From positions 15,872,001 to 15,936,000 of the forward strand of contig JBHGNT010000013.1 in assembly GCA_043228905.1 (NCBI GenBank): a stretch of 64,000 nt of DNA, written 5' to 3'. Shown here piece by piece: positions 39,090 to 50,210 of this stretch. This DNA is from Azolla caroliniana. Its lineage: Eukaryota; Plantae; Polypodiophyta. The translations under genes and the position numbers were made by a program. The notes below the pieces were generated by a model. The model had not been told where the DNA came from, did not search any database, and was given only the letters and a program-made list of their open reading frames with translations. Position 1 is the stretch's first letter, and the number at the start of each line of letters is the position of its first letter.

Positions 39090-39187
39090 GTGGAACTCCC
39101 TTCTTGCTATACCGAGCACTTCCCTAAGCGTGAGTGCTATCGTGGAACTCCCTTCTTACTATACCAAGCACTTCCCTAAGCGTGAGT
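39090..39187. repeat. ~52-bp tandem duplication in gag of element A
   Basis: GTGGAACTCCCTTCTT.CTATACC.AGCACTTCCCTAAGCGTGAGT occurs twice. Confidence 0.85.
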
Positions 39188-41513
39188 TCTATGCGACTGT
39201 CGAGAACTCGCTCCTCTAGAACCTTTTGTAGGTTCGTTGTTTTCTCGATTTCCGAGCTTATGCGGAAGCTCGGAATCCTACCCTTTTCCTTCTCTTGGGA
39301 CCCGGTCGGAGCGGCATCATTCTTTTTGGGCGTGCTTCGGGTGTTATACCTCCTCGAAGGGCCCGCTCCCCCGGTTTTCCCCGCTCGTCTTTCGTCGATC
39401 AAGGCCTCGTAGTTCCTACACGTGGCTTCCACAAAGCCGATGCTTTCTTCAACGGGGTCGCTCCACCCGATAACTTCACGCACACGTTCTTCTGCGCGCT
39501 CCGCTTCTCCATTCTGCAAACCTTCCTCTAGCCAAGGTCTCAAGAATAGCCGGCTAAAACCCAGGGTTTGAATCAGGTTTGGCCGCCTTTTCCCCTACTC
39601 GGATGCCGGCTGAAGTCGAATAGTGGATGGCTTCGACGTGCCAGGCCGCAGCCTCTTCCATTAGCCTCTTCATGCCACCTCGTCCGAAATTCGTGTCGAG
39701 CAGTCTTCGCGTGTCGCTCGCATGTACCCAACCATTCGAAAGGTAGACTACATTACTCCTGAGTGCTTCTTCGAAGTCAGCGCATTCTCTCCGGGCATGT
39801 CCGGTGGCATCGCACCATACGCACCTCTGATTGGCCGGCGGTCGCCAGTCGTACGACTGGACCTCATCGCTTCAGCGGGCTTGGGCAATCTGGAGGTCGC
39901 GTACCATCCTTGTTAGTTCTTCTAGCCCTGCGCCACTCACAGGTCCCATGACTATGTTCGTCTGGGTTGGGCCTAGCTCGAGCCACCTCCTTGTTTCTTC
40001 CATTCGGGTCGGCATCGGTTTGGCCCTGATTTCGACAGCCGGTCTGACCGACGAGGATCCCTTTTCTCTCCAGTCTCGGCGTTTGTCAATCCTGTTGCAT
40101 ACTTCTTTGACGGTCGCCCAGTCAGTCGTGAGACCTTAGTTGGTTTCCAGAAGAAGACCCATGCTTTCCCGGATGCGCGAATCGAAAGATGTTACGAAAA
40201 ATAAGACTTTGCTTATTTCGAGCACGGTTCGGTCCAATCTAGAGAGTCGCGCGAACCATGACTCGAACTCTTGGAGGAGCGCTGAAGCGTTCTGACCCTT
40301 ATCTAGGTTGTTGACCTAGTCCATAAAATCCTTTCTTGATAGCCGGAGTGAGTCATCATAGTTGTACCTCTCGAGAACTTCCTCTACGAATTCCACCCAA
40401 TCGCGACAAACTGCTTTTATCTCGACCATCTCCGTATGGATGTGTGGTATTACGACCCGAGGAAACCCCACTAGCCGTCTATCTTCGGGTATGTTCCTCA
40501 TCTGCATTTCCGATTGGTAAGCCTCCAAGTAACTTGTGGCGTCCTTTCCGCCGAACCGGCCTATCCTACCGATCGTTGCTTCTATGGCCCGGTCGAGGAC
40601 ACTCGCGCCCTCACGAGCACTAACCAGGCGGTCTACGGCCACCGCCATTACTTCTGGAAGTTCGCTTCCTCTCATCTCCAGATTTCTTTGCCGCCCTTTT
40701 TCACGTCGGGTTCACCAATTATGTCAAGGTTATCCTCGCGGTGTCGTGAAGAAAACCGTCCACAAGCGGAATCGGTGCACCGGAGCGTAGGAACCGGCTC
40801 TTCATGCACGTTGTCGAGGTTTTCCTCGTGGATGCGTGGAATGAGGCGGAACCTCGGGGGTCCTGTACCAAAGAGCAAGAGAGGAAGGAGAAGAGACCCT
40901 CTACGTGCGAGCGTAGATCCACAGGGACACGGCCCTTCGACGCAAAGACGCAAGTGGGACAGCGACATAGAAAGACACGAATGTATGTATGTATTAACAA
41001 AGACAAACAACAAGAACACGAAGACAACAAAACCACGAAGTCGGTTACAACCGAACAGGCCGGCGAACAGATGCCGATGCCTGTTCGTAAACGCACAGAA
41101 AGACAGGAGCAGGTTGGAGGTGCTGCCGGAAGCTCTCGGGCATTCCTCAGAGCAGCGCGAACCTCTCGAAACCTGCACAGAATGAAGCTATGGATTTTGC
41201 GAACCAGAGAGAGAGAGAGACCCTTCGCACGCAAACCGATAGCACTTCGTCCTCGACTCTCCGCGATCCCCCCCCCTTCTCGTCTCCCTCCTTTTTATAG
41301 GCAAGGAAGGAGCCGTTTCCCCTTTACTTCCTACCCACTAAATCTACCCGCCTAGGATCTTCTATGGACAACATTCGAGAAGAGTCGGTTCCTACGCTCC
41401 GGTGCACCGATTCCGCTTGTGGACGGTTTTCTTCACAACATCTGCCCCCACCTAACCGCGCATCCACCGGCATGCGCCAAATTGAGTCGGGACGGAGAAA
41501 ACTGGTACAACCT

Positions 41514-44500
41514 TCATTCCCCGCCCGTCGGTTCTTCCTCGGTTTCGGATCGTTCGTCGTCGCGGTCCAGGCCAACCGGATCCGGCTCGTCGTCGTGACG
41601 CTTCTTGAACGCTTTGATCCGCTTCCCAGCTACCGGTATCGCCATTCTCGTGCCGTCGAGCTCCGCCAGATGGTACGTCCCGTTGTCGTTGGCGCTTTGT
41701 ACCACGTAAGGCCCGAACCACCTTCTTGCGAACTTCCGTGTCGCTCGGTGCTGGTTGTCAAGGCTGCTGTCGTAGACTAGCACCCAGTCGCCTTCCTCGA
41801 TCTTCTTCGGTCGGAGCCGGTGCGTTCGGTCGAACCGGGCTTTGTTCCTCATCCTTGCTTCCCGAAGCTTTTCTACAGCCTGCTCCACGTCCTCCGGTCT
41901 TCGCTCGAGCTGTCGTATACGCACCGCCAGCAGCTCCTCCCAGCTCATCTCGTCTCTCCAGTCCACGGTTGCCCACGAGGAGATCGTACGTTCCATCGGC
42001 ATGACCGGCTTCTGCCCAAACATGAGTTCTGCCGGTATGAATCCGGTTACCGAACTGTGCGTAGTTCGGTCCGCCCACAACGCGTAAGGCAACAGCTGCG
42101 GCCAGTTCCCGACTTGACCTCCGCATGGCCGAACTAACGCCTTGACGATCGGTCCGTGTCCGCGCTCCACCTTCCCATTCGCCTCCGGATTGTACGTAGT
42201 GGTAAGCGAGAGCTTGACTCCTAGCCGGTCGAACAACTCCTCGGCCTCTTCGGCATCCAACTCCCCGCGATCGGCCACGATCTTCCCGACGCACCCGTAT
42301 CGGCATATCACGTCCTCGATCAGGAACCGACATACGGCCGCGGTCGTTTTGTTCTGAAGGGCTCGGCCTTCCACCTGGTTTGTCAGATCTTCCCGAGCCA
42401 GGACTAGATACCGCATCTGTCTGACGCCCATCGGCATCGGCACCAGATCTACCATCCATTTGAAGTGGATGGTCGGAGGGTATGTAGGGTAAAGCTCGTC
42501 CCAATGCCGGACTATGGAGTGCATCTGACAGCTCTCGCAAGTTGTCACGAACCGATGCACGTCCCGGTACAGTCCCGACCACCAGTACTTCCCCTTTATC
42601 TTCTCGAACGTGGCCCACGTTCCACGGTGTCCGGCCTAAGGGCTGTCGTGGTAGCCCGTCAGCAGCTCCTCCTGTTCTTCCTTCATCGCCACCATTCAGA
42701 GCGGGACGCCGTTCCTCTTCTTCGGGTGCTTCCATAAGTATCCGTCCCGGAGAAAGAATCGGTATGCTTTCTTCCGGATCCGGTTTGCCTCGTCCCTCGT
42801 CCATGACGCATCCGGCGTCATCGTCCTCAAAAACCCACTGATCTGGAGCCGTCGTACTTGCTCTCGTCGAAGTCGTTAAGTGCCGGAGTGCTCGTCCCAT
42901 CGGCCATTACGTACGTTGCCTCGAAGAAGTCCACGCCGACTTCTTCGTCCTCCGAAACCATGCCGCCCTCGTCATCAAACCTCGCCCTCGAAAGCATGTC
43001 GGCCATGGCGTTGTCTTTTCCGGAAATGTGTCGTATTTCCGGGTCCAGGGACTTTATGTACGCTATCCACCTGAGCATCACCAGGTCCGGCGTCGCGCAT
43101 CCGGAAACCATGCCGAGAATCGGCAGGCAATCCGTCTCGATAACCACTTCTGTCCCGATCAAGTAGTCTTTGTCAGCCTTTACTGCCGAAACGATACCCC
43201 AGAGTTCGCGTTTAACCTGGACGTACCCTCGCTATCGTTCACTGAGAACCTTCGCGCCGAATCGGATCGGGAACCGAATGCCGTCCCCGTCTTCTTGGTT
43301 GACGACCCATCCGATCGGACTCGTATCCACCGTTATGTATACCGGGGTACCCTTCTCGTAGACAGCCTTCCAGAGCGCCGGTGCCGCCACAAGAGCTTCC
43401 TTTAGCTTCCGGACCGACTCCGTGTGCTCGTCCCTCCACTCGAATCTTTGCCCTTTCTTCAGCAGCCCGTATAGCGGCTCCGCAACGTGGGCGTAATGCG
43501 GGATCCATATGTGGTAGAACGCGCATGCCCCCAAGAACCTCCGAACTTCCGTAACCGAGCTACAGTCGGTCTTCATCGCGGAAATGGCTTCTACCTTTGC
43601 CGGAGACGGCTTCCGGCCATATGGTCCACATAGGTGTCTGACCACCAGGATTTCCGATTGCCCGAAGGCCGATTTCTCCCCGGAGAAGGTGAGCCTCGCA
43701 TCCTCTAGCCTTTGTAGCACCTTCTCGCAGTCGCCGATGTGTGCTGCCACGAATCGCCGCATCCGTCCGGCCCGAGTGTCTCGTCCTTCTCTTCCACCGG
43801 GCACCCCTTTATCGGGATGTCGTCTAGAAACGGCATGGTGATGTCCGGGATACAATCCCTCAGTACCTTGTTCATTGCATTCACCATGTGGGCCACCAAG
43901 TTGGTCCCTCCTTGTGGCAGGGTACACATTCGCACTAGGCCGAGGGGAGTTCGCATCGTCGTAATGTCTCTACTCTCCACGGCTAGCTGGAACTGGTCGT
44001 ACCCCGAGTATAGATCACCGACCGAGTAAATCGACCTTCCGGCGAAGGCCTCCACGAACTCGTCTATGGTCGGTCCGATTCCTGCATTCCGAATGGTCAC
44101 TCTGTTGACCGGCTGCAGGTCCTGAATGAAGCGCAATGTTCCGTTTTTCTTTGGTACGGTAAACCATCGGTTTGAGTATGGCGCGCTCGACGGTTCGAGA
44201 ATACCCATATCGACTTTCTGCCTCAGTAGCTCCATCAACTCCGGGATGTGAGCTCTTGGTACCAGAATCGGCTTGAGATTCCACGGCACATGCAGTACCG
44301 TGAATATCACCATCGGCTCCACGATTGTCAGGTCTACGCACCCGATCTCTTCCGGCGAGAATGCGAAGGCTTTCCCATGCCTTCCAAGCATTCTCCGAAA
44401 CCGGTCTTCCTCCGCCGGCAGTAGGAACCCGCCCCCACCGATCTTGAGCTCCCGGAGCGTCCCGTTGGTGAAGGTGTGTCCTATGCAGGCCGGATCTCGT

Positions 44501-44970
44501 AAACTGGGGTCCGACGCCACCCCTCTGATTCGGGACTCGTTGCCCTCCGGCAAGGGTGCCGCGACCGGCCTTACCTTCCGGTCCACAGTCTTGTACTTCG
44601 TGCTAACTCGGGCCGTCCGATCCGACCCGAGCCCCCGACTGAAGTTCGCGATGACTTCGTACATCTCTTCGGAACATACCGGTATCGTCCGGTCTTCGTT
44701 AAGGTCTTCTCCGGCTACCTTCCTCAGCATTCCCAAGGTGTCGTCGAAGGAGACCGCCTCCACGGCTCCACTGATTTCCTCGTCCGGGCCGAGAACTCCG
44801 CACGCTCGAAGTCGCTCTTCCGCCCTTGTCTTGTCTCGGTCGACGATGCCGACCATCATACACCCTCCGTTGTTGGAGAAGCAAAACTTCCTACCTATCG
44901 TACAGTCGTGGGGTCCTTTCCAAGTGTCCGGGCTGTCTCGGCCCCACGCCTTGGCAGCCCTCTCTAAAAA
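41514..44970 (-). pseudogene. pol: pol (RT-RNase H-integrase) of element B, frameshifted
   Basis: DLYSGYDQ, LPQGGTN, PFLDD; RH ITVDTS...ETDCLP...NAMADMLSR; IN CESCQ, WMVDL, IVADRG, NGKVER, FGPY. No chromodomain. Confidence 0.88.
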
Positions 44971-44973
44971 TCC
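44907..44973 (-). promoter_or_regulatory. Predicted -1 ribosomal frameshift signal (GGATTTT plus pseudoknot), element B
   Basis: Minus strand GGATTTT-TAGAGA, stem 1 GGGCTG...CAGCCC, stem 2 CGTGGGG with CCCCACG. Confidence 0.75.
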
Positions 44974-47079
44974 TCCCGGTTCTCGCCACCGAGGGATTCG
45001 CGGTTTCGCTCGTGGTTCGGCCGCACCGTCAGAAATTGGACCGAATGGCGCCCGTCCTGGCTTTTGACCCTTGCGTAGGCCGAACCGTTGTCCAGCACCT
45101 TGGTCTCCATTCGCGCCGCCGTGATGTATGGTTCCCCTAATATGACCGGGTGCGAGGATGTCTCCTGTACGAAGAAGTGCTGGTCAATCTTGACGTCGCC
45201 GATCTTGACTCGCACGTTCGGGCAGGCCCCGTGCAGTTCCTCGGTGGCGCGCGTCGCCGCCCGTATCTTCCACCCGTGCTTGGTGTTGATCGGCCACTTT
45301 CCCTTCTTATAGAAGTCCATTGACATCAGGTTTATTTCCGAACCGTGGTCCACCAATGCCACCACCGGTTCCTGAACATATCCGATCTTCACCGGGGTCT
45401 CCGTGGTCGCTCGGGCCCAGTGTGGCCTCGAATAGTGGCTCTCCGCCCACTTGTCTTCCATCGCCATGTTGTCGATGTGCGTCGTCTGCACCTCCACCGG
45501 TCTTTCCGGTTCCGTCTCCGTCGACAGCCTCTTCCGTTTCACTAGGTCCACAATGGAGTCGTGGAACTCCTTCTTGGCAATCCCGTAATGACAACTCCAC
45601 TTTGCTGTCGAGGATCCGTTCCTCTAGGACCTTCCGTAGGTCCGTAGTCCTTTCTATTTCCGTCCCCAGTCGATATCCGCCCTTCCTGGGGTTATCTTGC
45701 GAGCTGGGCCCGCCGGCATCGTTCCGTCGTTGCCCGAATCAGGTCTCGTACCGTTGTGAAGGCCCGGCCGCTCCAGCTTTCCCCACTCGTTTGTCTTCTA
45801 CCAGAGCCTCGTAGTTCTGGCAGGCGGCTTCTACGAAGCCCGTCTTCTCCTTGACCGGATCGCTCCACCCGGTTATTTCCCGGACCCGTCTCTCAGCGCG
45901 GTCCGTTTCATCCTTCTTCAACCGTGCGCCGGCAAGACCTCCCAACATTGCCGACCAGAATCCGTCTTTGCCCTCCTTTCGGGCCTCGCTGCCCCCGACC
46001 CGAATGCCGGCCGACGCCGAGTGGTGGATGGCCTCCACGTGTCGGGCCGCTGCCTCTTCCATCAGTCTCTTCATACCTCCTCGTCCGTCGTTTCGGTTTA
46101 GGGCCCTTCTGGTGTCGCCGGCGTGCACCCGGCCTTCCCACAGGTACACCACCCGGTTCCTCAACGCTTCTTCGAAATCGCCGCAGTCCTTCCGGATGTG
46201 ACCGACCTCGTCGCACCACATGCACCTATTCCCTACTGCCGGCCGTCGGTCACGAGCCGGTTCGCCGCCTTCCCTTCGAGTCTGGGCGATCTGGAGATCC
46301 TTTATCGCTCGCGTCAACTCCTCCAGCGCTGCTCCTCCGGACGAGCCACTGACCATGCCGGTCGAAGCTGGGCCGGTTTCGAGCCATTCCTGGGTTTCTT
46401 CCCTTCGCCCTTGCGGTGCCGGTTCAAGCCTCCTTGCTGTGATAGACCCCGCACCGGCCGCTCCGTTATCAGCCCATTCTCGCCGTTTGTCGAAACGGCC
46501 ACAGACTCTCTTAACCGCTGCCCAGTCGGTCGTCAGCCCGTCTTCGGTTTCCAGCAAGGAGCCACCTTGATCCCAGTCCCGCTCGTCCACCGACTTGACG
46601 AACAGTAGGACCCAACTCGTATCTAGAATGGTTCGGTCAAGCGCCGAAAGGCGCGCAAAGCGTTCTTCGAACTCCCAGAGGAGTGCCGACGCATTTCTTC
46701 CCTTGCCGGGGGACTCCACCCATTCCATGAAGTCTCGTTTCGAAAGTCGGAGCGCGTCGTCCAGCCCGTATTTTTCTAGGAGTCGACCTTCGAACTCCTC
46801 CCAGGTACGGCTCTCCGCCCGCACCTCGACCACCTCCGCATGGATGCTCAGCATCGCCACTCGAGGGAACCCGGCAAGACGCCTCTCTTCCGGAATGTCC
46901 CGCATCAGCATTTCTGCCCCGTAGGACGCCAAATACTTCGTGGCAGCCTTTCCGCTGAACCGGCCGATCGTACCGACGACCGTCTCAATGGCTCTGTCGA
47001 GGGCGCCGGAGCCCTCGCGTACGCTCAGTATCCGATCCACGGCCGAAGCCATGGCCTCCGCAAGATCCGACCCTTTCAT
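44964..47079 (-). pseudogene. gag: gag-protease ORF1 of element B (premature stop at 45739, small frameshifting deletion)
   Basis: ATG at 47079 follows the PBS. Zinc knuckle CMWCDEVGHIRKDC; protease ALVDHGSEINLM...VILGEPY; ends REDF* at 44964. Confidence 0.85.
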
Positions 47080-47101
47080 CTTCTGCTCTTCTGCCGCCTC
47101 T

Positions 47102-47119
47102 TTCACGTCGGGTTCACCA
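47102..47119 (-). promoter_or_regulatory. Primer-binding site complementary to the tRNA-Trp 3' end (also at ~40700-40717 and 27661-27678)
   Basis: TGGTGAACCCGACGTGAA lies 4 nt after the LTR. Plant cytosolic tRNA-Trp ends TTCACGTCGGGTTCA-CCA (from recall). Confidence 0.8.
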
Positions 47120-49989
47120 AAGATGTCGAGGTTTTCCTCGCGGATGCGTGGAATGAGGCGGAACCTCGGGGGTCCTGTACCAAAGAGCAAGAGAGGAAGG
47201 AGAAGAGACCCTCTACGTGCGAGCGTAGATCCACAGGGACACGGCCCTTCGACGCAAAGATGCAAGTGGGACAGGGACACAGAAAGACACGAATGTATGT
47301 ATGTATTAACAAAGACAAACAACAAGAACACGAAGACAACAAAACCACGAAGTCGGTTACAACCGAACAGGCCGGCGAACAGATGCCGATGCCTGTTCGT
47401 AAATGCACAGAAAGACAGGAGCAGGTTGGAGGTGCTGCCGGAAGCACTCGGGCATTCCTCAGAGCAGCGCGAGCCTCCCGAAACCTGCACAGAATGAAGC
47501 TATGGATTTTGCGAACCAGAGAGAGAGAGAGACCCTTCGCACGCAAACCGACAGCACTTCGTCCTCGACTCTCCGCGATCCCCCCCCTTCTCGTCTCCCT
47601 CCTTTTTATAGGCAAGGAAGGAGCCGTTTCCCCTTTACTTCCTACCCACTAAATCTACCCGCCTAGGATCTTCTATGGACAACATTCGAGAAGAGTCGGT
47701 TCCTACGCTCCGGTGCACCGATTCCGCTTGTGGATGGTTTTCTTCACGACAACGTGCGTCTTATGTAGTGCATAAGAGAGAATTAGGTACATAGAAGATC
47801 CTAGGTAGGTAGATTCGGTAGGTAGGAAGTTAATGGGAAACGGCTCCTTTCTTGCCTATAAAAGGAGGGAGACGAGGAGGAGTGGGGGATCGTGGTGAGA
47901 GAGGAAGAAGTGTTGTCGGGTTGTCGGCCGAAGGCTTCTCTCTCTTCCAAACTCCATAGCTTCTTTCTGTGCAGGTTTCGGGAGGCTCGAGCTGCTCTGA
48001 GGAATGCCCGAGTGCTTCCGGCAGCACCACCAACCTACTCCTTTCTTTCTGTGCGTTTATGAACAAGCATCAGCATATGTTCGCCGGCCTGTTCGGTTGT
48101 AACCGACTTCGTGCTTGTTGTTGTTTGTCTCCGTTAATATATAGATACATACCTTAGTGTCTCTCTGTGTTGGTTTCCCGCTCGCGTCTTCGTGTCGAAG
48201 GGTCGTGTCCCTGTGGATCTACGCTCGCACCTAGTGGGTCTCTTCCTCTCTTGCTATTCGGTACAAGACCCCCGAGGTCCCGCCTCATTCCATGCATCCG
48301 CGAGGAATACCTCGACAGCGGATGCATAGAAGTCGGGCAGGACCACGGGGGTCTCAAACCAAGGAATCGAGAAAACGAGGAGGGAGGAATTTGAGGATTG
48401 CGTAGGTCTTGAGACCACGGGAAAACAAGTAAGGCTAGCGAACGAGAGAGGGTAAGAGAGTCGTGCGAAGACGCAAACACGAGCAAGACATTGAGAACAA
48501 CGTTTGTTTGGTAGAGAAGGTTTCTATTAAACAACACAGGTGCACGGTGTTGTGGGTGATTACAACCGGATCAGAGCCGGTGATGGAGTGTAGAGCTTGG
48601 CAATAGCCGGACACGAAGGTACGTGGGCACGCTGAAGGTCGATCCCCTGGGTTGGGAGTACTCGGGCGTCTGACGCGTGCAGGGGGAAGCGCCTTCCGAT
48701 GATCAATCCTTACACTCCTCTCTTTATCTCCTCTCCTCAAAAAAAATGGCATCCCGAAGATAGTTGAAGGTTGCCTCCTTTATAGCACAAGGAACGACCG
48801 TTACAAGCATTCATGACCCGTCGCTTTCCCTTCCTAGATTCTCTCCCCTCCTAACTCTCCCTACATATGCAATGTCTATTTCTTCTTTAATGCCCTAACT
48901 ACCTAGTACCCCTCCGTATACTCATGCCTAGTACTTTCCCTATTTAATTCTCTCGAGGCGTGCATTCGCGTAAACTGGTGTTCCTGCGCGTTTCACCTTG
49001 TTTCTACCTATGGCCCGGAATCTTCACGACAACGTGTTCTTGTCAGAGATGTTGACCTGCAACACATTAGCACGAACTTGCAGACGACTGACATCTTCAT
49101 AAAGGCCGTAGGGACCGACAAGTTGTGACAGTTCACGACGAACCTAGGTCTCTTGATTGCCGACCAGCCAAGCTTGAGGGGGAGTATGGAGCCGTCTAAC
49201 ACGATCTCGACCGAAGACTAGTGAACAATCCAAAGCCAGCCATTCGAAGCCGAAGCCGAAGACCAATGACCAATCCAAAGCTGACCATCCGAAGCCGAAG
49301 TTGGTATTGACTCGAAGCCGACCTGAAGACCAGTCGGAACGAACCATCCGGCGACCGGAAGTTGCGTTTGAAGGGGCGTGTTGAGAATCAAACTCAACTT
49401 CCCTAGTGTGGGAACACACCTTAGTATACCCAAGTGTGTGAACACCCCACCTCCTAGCATAGTAACTAGTATGTCATAGAACTTTAAGGTTCTATGACAC
49501 ATATTTGGTGTAGTTAAGTCTCCACCTCTCTATAGTAAGTGTTGGTTTTAGAAAGAGAATATAGAGTGAAGGTGGAAACATAAGCACTTTTCTCCTTCTT
49601 CTTGTAACTGTTGGTTTTATTGTTGGTTAATTCTTGTTCTTATAATACAATTTTCTATTTTTTTGTATAACATGTGTTCTCTATCTCTCTTACACAACAT
49701 ATACACACACCTTTCGTCGCAAAGAATCATATCCGATTCTTTACAACTTCCAATCGGCAACTTTACCTACGAGACACCAGACAATGTCCCCATGGATGTA
49801 TACTTCAATCCATATTTGGGAAGGATTGAAGGGTTACCACATGCAAGGTGGCGTTGGTCCTCTCTTTTGACAAATCACCTCATTTGTGGTAAAAGTGATT
49901 CTTGTTCATTACTGTTGGGAGACAGGTCCCTCCGGATGGGAAGGGATAAGAACAGTGCTGACGAACAAACTCGGCCGAGGCCGAAACGG

Positions 49990-50210
49990 TATGAGGAGTA
50001 CCCGGCTACGGAGAGCCGGATGGTGCAGGCCCGGTATGAACCGGATGAGGAGTACCTGGCTACGGAGAGCCGGATGGTGGAGGCCCGGTATGAACCGGAT
50101 GAGGAGTACCCGGCTACGGAGAGCCGGATGGTGCAGGTCCGGTATGAACCGGATGAGGAGTACCCGGCTACGGAGAGCCGGATGGTGCAGGCCTGGTATG
50201 AACCGGAGGA
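49990..50210 (+). repeat. 54-bp tandem repeat in LTR U3 (4 units here, 3 in the 3' LTR at ~54840-55000, ~3.5 in the solo LTR at ~900-1090)
   Basis: GAGGAGTACCCGGCTACGGAGAGCCGGATGGTGCAGGCCCGGTATGAACCGGAT unit. Confidence 0.92.

Larger units (their letters stand above)
40812..47751 (-). mobile_element. Full-length tRNA-Trp-primed Ty3/gypsy element B (3' LTR 40812-41440, 5' LTR 47124-47751)
   Basis: LTRs of 629/628 bp with about 11 substitutions counted by eye. PBS 47102-47119, PPT GGTTAGGTGGGGGCAGA. 4-bp TSD ACGT (40808-40811, 47752-47755). Confidence 0.95.
40742..48317 (+). mobile_element. Solo LTR C of the tRNA-Trp gypsy family (40742-40811 plus 47756-48317), inside the 5' LTR of A and split by element B
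   Basis: TGTCGTGAAGAAAACC...CCTCGACA; 4-bp TSD GCGG (40738-40741, 48318-48321). Sequence is a close relative of the B LTR in the opposite orientation. Confidence 0.9.
33719..49031 (-). mobile_element. Full-length decayed tRNA-Trp-primed Ty3/gypsy element A (3' LTR 33719-34446; 5' LTR split 40722-40741 plus 48322-49031)
   Basis: Paired ~730-bp LTRs; PBS TGGTGAACCCGACGTGA at ~40701-40717. Gag from 40675, then PR, RT (PFLDD), RH and IN pseudogene. 4-bp TSD ACGT (33715-33718, 49032-49035). Confidence 0.92.
33344..49745 (+). mobile_element. 3' end of a copia element (RNase H 33344-33718 plus 49036-49190, 3' LTR 49379-49745), host of gypsy A
   Basis: MDFGILY...QTKHIEVHYRFI*ER|VLVRDVDLQHISTNLQTTDIF continues across the insertion. 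Same family as 28349-30021. Confidence 0.85.

Noticed and set aside
47080-47490. 137-aa N-terminal extension of the 583-aa gag ORF
   Set aside because: It lies in the LTR/PBS with a GTG start; the ATG at 47079 matches the gag starts of elements A and G.
41726-47652. Numerous long antisense or alternate-frame ORFs over the gypsy elements
   Set aside because: Expected shadows of GC-rich coding sequence; no motifs, and not visibly conserved between elements A, B and G.
20302-49031. DIRS/tyrosine-recombinase element suggested by split and inverted terminal repeats
   Set aside because: All inverted and split repeats resolve into nested ordinary LTRs with TSDs, and a DDE integrase is present.
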